Assembly (NCBI GenBank): GCA_046484125.1
Contig: JAWOBX010000047.1
Coordinates: 1 to 63,288, forward strand
From: Dehalococcoidia bacterium
GTDB lineage: Bacteria; Chloroflexota; Dehalococcoidia; SZUA-161; SpSt-899
Direction of reading: 5' to 3'
DNA: 63,288 nucleotides
How positions within the stretch are numbered: the stretch's first letter is position 1; every line of letters begins with the position of its first letter. Of this stretch, positions 57,203 through 63,288 are shown piece after piece. The position numbers and the translations under genes were made by a program. Under the pieces are notes generated by a model. It saw only the letters and a program-made list of their open reading frames with translations. It did no database searches and was not told the DNA's origin.

Positions 57203-57985
57203 ATGAATAGTAGAGATAGTGAGACTCCGCAATTCAAAGTAAAAAAGCTGTTCGGGGAAAAGTCCAAGGATTATGCCACGAGCAGTCTCCTGGTTGACAA
57301 ACGTAACCTGGAGATGGTCATCAAAATGGCCAGAATAACCGAAGGTGAACGCATACTGGATGTGGCTACCGGAACGGGATTCATGGCTGGCGCGTTAGCC
57401 GGTGCCGGGGCGGAGGTGGTGGCCACCGACTTTACCAGAGAGATGCTTGTGGAGGCGAGATCATCGCTGGAAGAGCGAAGCAATGTATATTACGCTCTTG
57501 CCGATGCTGATAACCTTCCGTTTGCCGGTGAGTCCTTCGATGCGGTGACATGCCGCGTATCGGTGCATCACTTTGTCAATCCGTATAAGGCGGTGGCGGA
57601 GATGACGAGGGTGTGCGGGGATGGGGGAAGGGTGGTCATAATGGACGTGATATCTTCCGAGGATGACGCCAAAAGCGAACTTCAGAACAGGATGGGTAAG
57701 ATGAGAGATCCATCAGAAGTAAGGCAGTGGAAGCTGTCGGAACTGGAGCGAATGTTGACCTCCGCAGGAATGAAAATAGAGCAGGTTGAGAGATGGGCCC
57801 ATATCATGGCTTTCGAAGAATGGATCAGACTGGGCGGAACAGATGAATCAACTGCAATAGAATTAAGGCAGCTCATGATGGATTCAATCAATATGGACCG
57901 AACAGGGTTCAGTCCAGAGCTGAGAGAAGGCGAGCTGTATTTCACATGGACCACGGGCATAATCGTAGCCGGAAAACGGGGATAG
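57203..57985 (+). CDS. Class I SAM-dependent methyltransferase (Methyltransf_11 type)
   Basis: ILDVATGTGF and DADNLPFAGESFD. Confidence 0.85.
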   Translation: MNSRDSETPQFKVKKLFGEKSKDYATSSLLVDKRNLEMVIKMARITEGERILDVATGTGFMAGALAGAGAEVVATDFTREMLVEARSSLEERSNVYYALADADNLPFAGESFDAVTCRVSVHHFVNPYKAVAEMTRVCGDGGRVVIMDVISSEDDAKSELQNRMGKMRDPSEVRQWKLSELERMLTSAGMKIEQVERWAHIMAFEEWIRLGGTDESTAIELRQLMMDSINMDRTGFSPELREGELYFTWTTGIIVAGKRG

Positions 57986-58042
57986 GTCTTTTTTTCATTT
58001 CGATTACAGCTCAGGCTGCAGGTCCAATTTTCCCTTAAATTT

Positions 58043-58091
58043 TTGACATCTGAAAAATAAAAGTATATAAAAGTATATGAATGAACATTCA
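58043..58091 (+). promoter_or_regulatory. Promoter plus palindromic operator upstream of the TetR-ABC operon
   Basis: TTGACA (58043-58048), 17 nt, TATAAA (58066-58071), then the palindrome TGAATG-aa-CATTCA (58078-58091). Confidence 0.5.
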
Positions 58092-58111
58092 GTCATATTG
58101 AGGGGTTGGTC

Positions 58112-58756
58112 ATGGACAGAATCACACGAGACAATGGAACAGGCAACAGGAAAGAGCAAATACTGAATGCTGCACTTAATGTATTCACCAGGAAGGGCTA
58201 CGGAGAGGCGAGAGTGCCTGATATCGCAAAGGAAGCGGGTGTTGCAGTGGGGACAATCTATAATTATTTCGAGAGCAAGCGTGAGATTCTGGTATCGCTG
58301 ATGATAAACAGGTTTTTCACACGCGATCTTCTGAAAATGCTCGATGATAAAGCTGAACAGAATGAACAAGACTTCATTGAGGGATTCTTTAAAGACAGGC
58401 TGACTTGGGGTACACAGAACGTCGACAAAATTCTGCTTATATTGAGTGAGGTTAACAGGGATGATGAGGTTAAGGATAAATGGACGGAGCAGATACTGCA
58501 TCCGGTAATGAAGAAGCTGACCGAATACGTAAAATCCCGGATGGATGAAGGGTATTTCGAGAAAAGAGATCCGGACCTGGTTGCGCGGAGCCTGGCGGGG
58601 TTGGGGATGGGGTTCATTATACTCTATAGCATGGAAGGTGACAGGAGTCCGATTAAAGATATGGATCTGGATGAACTGGCCGGAAAGCTTGCCGATTTAA
58701 TACTCAGCGGTTTGCGTGGAGCAGGGGGCGAAAGAGCAAATGAGGGGGAGTTATGA
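58112..58756 (+). CDS. TetR/AcrR family transcriptional regulator
   Basis: ILNAALNVFTRKGYGEARVPDIAKEAGVAVGTIYNYFESK. Confidence 0.92.
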   Translation: MDRITRDNGTGNRKEQILNAALNVFTRKGYGEARVPDIAKEAGVAVGTIYNYFESKREILVSLMINRFFTRDLLKMLDDKAEQNEQDFIEGFFKDRLTWGTQNVDKILLILSEVNRDDEVKDKWTEQILHPVMKKLTEYVKSRMDEGYFEKRDPDLVARSLAGLGMGFIILYSMEGDRSPIKDMDLDELAGKLADLILSGLRGAGGERANEGEL

Positions 58757-59502
58757 GCCAGGAAAACAATGGGTATGCCGTAGAAACACGTAACCTGGTT
58801 AAGAGGTTCGGGTCGTTCACGGCGGTGGATAAACTGGACTTGAAGATAGAACGAGGCCAGACCTACGGATTGCTCGGGCCTAACGGGTCGGGGAAGACAA
58901 CCACGATAAAGCTGCTCTGCGATCTTCTGAAACCGACCAGTGGAGAGGCATTCGTCCTTGAGAGGAAAGTCGGGGACCGCAGTATACCTCCGAGAATCGG
59001 TTATATGCCGCAGGAGATGGCGTTGTACCTGGAGTTGAGCATTCACGATAACATCAGACTTTTTGGCGAGATATATGGGATGAAAAGTGACGAGATCGAT
59101 AAGTCGGAGAAAGAACTTTTACAGTTCGTCGACCTTGAATCATGGCGAAAGAGCCCGGTTGCCAATTTAAGTGGCGGAATGAAACATCGCACCTCGCTTG
59201 TATGCAGCATGATCCACAGTCCGGAACTTCTTTTCCTGGATGAGCCCACGGTTGGTGTTGACCCGGAATTGAGGGCGTCTTTCTGGGAGTATTTCGAATC
59301 ACTGGGCAGGAGAGGAGTTACAGTAGTGATTACCACTCACTATATGGATGAAGCCCATCGATGCAGCAGGATTGGACTGATGAGGCAGGGGCATTTGATA
59401 GCTGAAGGGGCTCCGCGAGAGATAATCGAGTCTACGGGTTGCAGTTCGCTTGAAGATGCTTTTTTAAGGCTTGCCCGCAGGGAGGTGGCGAATGCGGATT
59501 AA
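58753..59502 (+). CDS. ABC transporter ATP-binding protein (ABC-2 exporter type)
   Basis: GPNGSGKTT, LSGGMKHR and FLDEPTVGVD. Confidence 0.92.
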   Translation: MSQENNGYAVETRNLVKRFGSFTAVDKLDLKIERGQTYGLLGPNGSGKTTTIKLLCDLLKPTSGEAFVLERKVGDRSIPPRIGYMPQEMALYLELSIHDNIRLFGEIYGMKSDEIDKSEKELLQFVDLESWRKSPVANLSGGMKHRTSLVCSMIHSPELLFLDEPTVGVDPELRASFWEYFESLGRRGVTVVITTHYMDEAHRCSRIGLMRQGHLIAEGAPREIIESTGCSSLEDAFLRLARREVANAD

Positions 59503-60604
59503 ACGGGCTCTGGCCATAAGTAAAAGAATTCTCCGCGGCCTGCGGCATGATCCAAGGACTGTAGCTCTGATTATAATAGCTCCGATACTGGCGATGACGC
59601 TGTTTGGTCTTGCCTTCAGCGGTGAAGTCAAAGATGTGGATGTCGTTGTAGTGAACCTTGACGAGGGCCAGCTGGCCGGGAAAATTGTGGAAAACATGGA
59701 TGATAAGACGGTCAGCCTCCATTTCAAGCAGGATCAGCAGTCCGCAGTGGAAAAGGTGGAGGATGGGGATGCATGGGCTGCGATAATCTTTCCTGAGGGG
59801 TTTTCCAGAAGTGTAATTGAGAGAATGCAGAACGGAACGGTGAGTGACGGTTCAGCCATCACTTTAATGGCTGATAAGAGCGATGTGAATATAGCCAGTG
59901 CCATAGCCACAACAGTGCGTGACGCCGTAAGGGAGACTGTGGCGGAGGTGGGGGGTGAAATGCCGGTGGAAGTCAAAGAATCGCCGGTCTATGGGGAGAA
60001 CGCTGAGTTTATAGACTTCTTCGTGCCCGGGATAATGGCGTTTGCCGTATTTATGCTGACGACCATACTCACACTTCTTGCCTTTGTAGGCGAGCGTACC
60101 AGGGGGACTCTGGAAAGGCTTAAGGCCTCTCCTATGCGGGACAGCGAGATCGTTGCCGGATATGCCATAGCCTTTGGCATCATCGGGATGTTTCAGGCCT
60201 CGCTGCTGTTGATAGTAGCGACGCTTGGATTCGATATCACCATCGTTGGTAATCCGTTCCTGGCATATCTGATAGTGGCTCTACTGGCAATAGTCAGTGT
60301 AAGCCTGGGGATTCTGCTCTCAGCGGCTGCCAAAAGGGAAGCACAGGCGGTTCAGTTCCTGCCACTTATAATTCTTCCTACATTTCTGCTATCCGGTATA
60401 TTCTGGCCGCTGGAGGCGATTCCGCATTTTCTCCGTCCGGTTTCTTATATAATCCCGCCGACATACGGGGTGGAGGCCATGAGGTCAGTGATTGTGCGGG
60501 GTTGGGGGCTGGGGGAGATATGGTTGGAGATAGTGATATTGCTGGCGTTTGCGGCGGTGTTTCTGATGCTCAGTGTACGATCTTTGCATCGAGCAAAGGT
60601 TTAG
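59492..60604 (+). CDS. ABC-2 type transporter permease
   Basis: N-terminal TM, a large extracytoplasmic loop and 5 C-terminal TMs. ATG 59492 follows GGAGGTGG and overlaps the upstream stop. Confidence 0.85.
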   Translation: MRIKRALAISKRILRGLRHDPRTVALIIIAPILAMTLFGLAFSGEVKDVDVVVVNLDEGQLAGKIVENMDDKTVSLHFKQDQQSAVEKVEDGDAWAAIIFPEGFSRSVIERMQNGTVSDGSAITLMADKSDVNIASAIATTVRDAVRETVAEVGGEMPVEVKESPVYGENAEFIDFFVPGIMAFAVFMLTTILTLLAFVGERTRGTLERLKASPMRDSEIVAGYAIAFGIIGMFQASLLLIVATLGFDITIVGNPFLAYLIVALLAIVSVSLGILLSAAAKREAQAVQFLPLIILPTFLLSGIFWPLEAIPHFLRPVSYIIPPTYGVEAMRSVIVRGWGLGEIWLEIVILLAFAAVFLMLSVRSLHRAKV

Positions 60605-60681
60605 AGCGTTTATTTCAATACGGATAAGACGGGCCCTGTAATTACTACGAGAAAAACGGGACCCCAGTAATGCTGTAAAAG

Positions 60682-61941
60682 CTAAGTTTCCGAGCGTTTT
60701 TTACCGATTGCCCATATGAAACAAGCGGTGAAAATCATGATGAGTCCCCCGAAAAAGAAGGCGAAGCGATAGTTTCCGGCGTAGTCGAACAGTGCTCCAC
60801 CGAAATACGGGCCGGCAGCCGAACCGAGCCCCCATGCTAACATCAGGATTCCCATAACCGCTCCCACACTGCGCGTTCCGAAGGTATCACCGATCAACGA
60901 TGTCACAGGAGGGTCTATACCACCGTATGCTATTCCATATAGGACCGCGAAGAGATAAAACTGCCATATTTGATCGGAATCTACCAGCCAGAACATGGCT
61001 GAGGCATGCAGAAGTGCCATGACTATGCCGATGGTTTTCTTATCAATTCGATCAGAGATTACACCGCTGAGTAGACGTGCAGGTACAGTAACCGCCGTAA
61101 GGACGCTGAGGACAGAGGCCGCTTTCATCGAGGTAACGCCGATATCCTCAGCACCTCTTACCACGTGACTCATCACAAGGTGCAGGCAGAACGAATAAGC
61201 GAACCATACGAAGAAGAAGAGCCAGAAATCGACAGTAGAGAGGCTTTCTCTCATTGATGATTCGATATTGCTTTCGATGACTGACTGATATCCTGAACCA
61301 CTCAGGGGGAGTGACCTGTTCTCAGTCGGCTCTTTCCTGAGAAATATGGCTAGAGGGAGCATGATCGCCAGGGTGGCAAACCCCAGAACCATGTAAGCCT
61401 CTCTCCAATCGAAGGTGGTGATCAGCCACGCGCTGAAAGGTGCTACAATGACGGTTCCAAGTGCGGCTCCAGACCCGATGATTCCAATAGCGGTGGCACG
61501 TTTTCTTATAAACCAGCGGGCTCCGGTAGACATAACAATAGTGTACATCGACCCTGTACCGAGTGAGAGAAGGACGCCGTAAGTCAGATATAATTGCCAG
61601 GCTGACTCAACGCGCGATGTCAATAGCAGGCTGATCGCCGTAATGACGGACATCGTGATGACTATTCGTCTTGGGCCATATCTATCCGTCGCCCAGCCGC
61701 CGGCCACGGAGAAGACGCCGGCCAGTAGCAGATAAACGGAAAAAATGCTCGAGGTGGTTCCACGGCTCCAGCCGAACTCATCCTGCAGGGAAGAAAAGAA
61801 AACGCCGAAGGAATAGCATATCCCCAGCGTCGTCGAGAGTAGTATTGTACAGATCGCGACGATTATCCATCCGTGATAAAAAGGTCGCCCGTTTCCGGCG
61901 TTTTGCTGCTTTTCAGTTGGTCCTCGCTGGTTCATCGACAC
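60682..61941 (-). CDS. MFS transporter
   Basis: 12-TM profile with the DRYGPRR motif between TM2 and TM3. Confidence 0.88.
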   Translation of the reverse strand: MSMNQRGPTEKQQNAGNGRPFYHGWIIVAICTILLSTTLGICYSFGVFFSSLQDEFGWSRGTTSSIFSVYLLLAGVFSVAGGWATDRYGPRRIVITMSVITAISLLLTSRVESAWQLYLTYGVLLSLGTGSMYTIVMSTGARWFIRKRATAIGIIGSGAALGTVIVAPFSAWLITTFDWREAYMVLGFATLAIMLPLAIFLRKEPTENRSLPLSGSGYQSVIESNIESSMRESLSTVDFWLFFFVWFAYSFCLHLVMSHVVRGAEDIGVTSMKAASVLSVLTAVTVPARLLSGVISDRIDKKTIGIVMALLHASAMFWLVDSDQIWQFYLFAVLYGIAYGGIDPPVTSLIGDTFGTRSVGAVMGILMLAWGLGSAAGPYFGGALFDYAGNYRFAFFFGGLIMIFTACFIWAIGKKRSET

Positions 61942-62080
61942 GATTATAGCACGAGACGAATGGAAGGGAGAGTGGTCATGTTGTCCGGGTCAGTGTAACC
62001 AGGTACAATAGAAGCGACTCACGAAACAAAAGGGATCGTTGGGACTGTTGCTATTGTGAATCTTGTGCCAAGGGTTATCA

Positions 62081-62968
62081 ATGAAGCTCACCGTACTGGT
62101 AGATAATAATACGTTAATAGATAGATACTATATTGCCGAACCGGGCCTTTCGTTCTACATCGAGGATGGAGACAGGAAGATACTTTTTGACGCGGGATAT
62201 TCAAACGCGTTCATCGCTAATGCCACGAGAATGCAAATCGACCTTCTTGATTTGGATTTTGTCGTTCTCTCTCATGGCCACCTGGATCATACATGGGGAC
62301 TGACGTCGTTTATCCGGCTTTACAACGAATCCTTACTTCAAAAGAGGCAATACAAGAGGCCGACCCTGGTTGCTCATCCACAGGCGATTGAATCAGGTTC
62401 ATACGAGCGCGAAGTAACGATTGGGCCTATCCTGTCGCAAGAGGCGTTAAATGCTTTCTTTGACATTCGATTGAGTAAAGAGCCTGTTCAACTTACGGAA
62501 AGGCTGTTCTTTCTAGGTGAGATAGCGAGAGAAAACAACTTTGAGGCCGGGGTTCCGGTGGGGAACAGAATAGAAGGCGGGTGTGAGGTAGAAGATTTTA
62601 TTATTGATGATTCGGCCCTGGCTTACCGTTCTTCTGATGGACTGGTCATAATTACGGGGTGCTCTCATGCCGGGATATGCAACATCATTGAACAGGCAAA
62701 AAGGGTATGCCGGACTGACAGGGTTGCTGATATCATAGGTGGATTCCACCTGCTCAATCCCTCAGATGTGCAACTGGCGGGTACGTTGCGCTACCTCAAA
62801 GACCTTTCTCCTGATGTGGTGCACGCGTGTCACTGCACAGACCTTGAATCCAAAATAGCGATTTCACATAATGTGAACATAGCGGAGGTAGGGGTTGGTT
62901 TGACTCTTGAGTATCAGGGAGCCTCTGATCAACCCCCCTTAGATCCCCCAATCATGGGGGGATCTTGA
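62081..62968 (+). CDS. MBL-fold metallo-hydrolase (MJ0301-like subfamily)
   Basis: LSHGHLDHTWGL. The last roughly 16 codons (..GASDQPPLDPPIMGGS) are encoded by family-1 repeat copy E. Confidence 0.8.
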   Translation: MKLTVLVDNNTLIDRYYIAEPGLSFYIEDGDRKILFDAGYSNAFIANATRMQIDLLDLDFVVLSHGHLDHTWGLTSFIRLYNESLLQKRQYKRPTLVAHPQAIESGSYEREVTIGPILSQEALNAFFDIRLSKEPVQLTERLFFLGEIARENNFEAGVPVGNRIEGGCEVEDFIIDDSALAYRSSDGLVIITGCSHAGICNIIEQAKRVCRTDRVADIIGGFHLLNPSDVQLAGTLRYLKDLSPDVVHACHCTDLESKIAISHNVNIAEVGVGLTLEYQGASDQPPLDPPIMGGS

Positions 62969-63025
62969 AGCCGGGGGAAACCCCCAGCCCCCCGAAGTCA
63001 CCTCTTTAACAATAAGAGGTGACTT
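62921..63025 (+). repeat. Family-1 repeat, copy E, with an extra terminal hairpin
   Basis: GCCTCTGATCAACCCCCCttagatCCCCCAATCATGGGGGgatcttgaagccGGGGGaaaCCCCCagCCCCCCGAAGTCACCTCTttaacaataAGAGGTGACTT. Confidence 0.8.
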
Positions 63026-63075
63026 GGATTTAACGACCGATTGTAATCTTTCCAGTATGGATTCACCTAAAGTAA

Positions 63076-63102
63076 AGAGGCGGGGTTAGAAACCCCGCCT
63101 CT
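63076..63102. terminator. GC-rich 12-bp hairpin (terminator-like)
   Basis: AGAGGCGGGGTT-aga-AACCCCGCCTCT. The flanking T-tracts are weak on both strands. Confidence 0.4.
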
Positions 63103-63159
63103 CTAGTTTGGCCTTAACTAGATAAAACTCCTCAGTGGATCAAATAAATAACAGAGTGA

Positions 63160-63206
63160 TTGACAAGGGGTATTTTATGTAATATAATCTAGTCATATAA
63201 CTAGAT
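63160..63206 (+). promoter_or_regulatory. Consensus sigma70 promoter with overlapping palindromic operator
   Basis: TTGACA (63160-63165), 17 nt, TATAAT (63183-63188). The palindrome ATCTAGT-catata-ACTAGAT spans 63187-63206, and TAACTAGAT also occurs at 63116. Confidence 0.6.
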
Positions 63207-63216
63207 AGGAGGAAAC

Positions 63217-63288
63217 ATGGGCTTCAAAACCAAAGTCCAGCGTATCAAGCGGCAAAAAAGCGAACAGTGGTACATCAACTTTCCCTCT
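63217..63288 (+). CDS. 5' end of a small ORF (truncated by the window edge), possibly an AbrB/SpoVT-like DNA-binding protein
   Basis: AGGAGG, 4 nt, then ATG; MGFKTKVQRIKRQKSEQWYINFPS.... The family guess is weak. Confidence 0.4.
   Translation, partial: MGFKTKVQRIKRQKSEQWYINFPS

Overview
63.3-kb bacterial chromosomal window (SecA, Lon, KatG and OmpR-type regulators point to Bacteria) with about 70 protein genes. I recognised no rRNA, tRNA, CRISPR array, transposase or integrase. All calls rest on reading the supplied translations and the DNA by eye; no searches were run.

Layout:
- (1) 1-14 kb, housekeeping: moaE, CPBP protease, MetE-core-like methyltransferase, Smr, hsp20-lon, CooC-like ATPase, pgk, secA, prs, crotonase.
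- (2) 15.0-35.5 kb, a roughly 20-kb block on the minus strand only, devoted to oxygen/ROS defence and metal handling. It holds a flavodiiron protein, two rubrerythrins, three rubredoxin-less rubrerythrin-like diiron proteins, an EncFtn-like mini-ferritin, KatG, a DUF255 thioredoxin-domain protein, ferritin, peroxiredoxin, superoxide reductase, rubredoxins, desulforedoxin, SufBC, a NifB-like radical SAM protein, CopA, an iron-sulfur flavoprotein, a glutaredoxin-like protein and PfpI/DJ-1.
- (3) 36-41 kb: a two-component system, a CPA2 antiporter and a MaoC-like protein.
- (4) 41.6-52.1 kb, a plus-strand cluster headed by an Rrf2 regulator that looks like sulfide-based sulfur trafficking: an HgdAB-like pair, CopZ, COG1900 plus NIL-ferredoxin (homocysteine synthesis), Thi4, an IscS-like protein lacking the PLP lysine, IscU, MOSC, FdhD and NadA.
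- (5) 52-63 kb, mixed: ubiE, apgM, ABC-F, a TetR-ABC2 exporter, MFS and MBL.

Main second-look items:
- A peroxiredoxin whose peroxidatic Cys codon is TGA, followed by a SECIS-like hairpin. The ORF track splits this gene in two.
- A second in-frame TGA with a GGUC-loop hairpin inside a lipoprotein gene.
- Two dispersed intergenic repeat families, with 7 and 3 copies, both showing compensatory stem changes.
- A copZ-like gene broken by two homopolymer frameshifts.
- Three small redox genes below the ORF-track threshold or of unusual architecture: rubredoxin, desulforedoxin and a tandem half-desulforedoxin.
- An IscS-like protein without the Schiff-base lysine.
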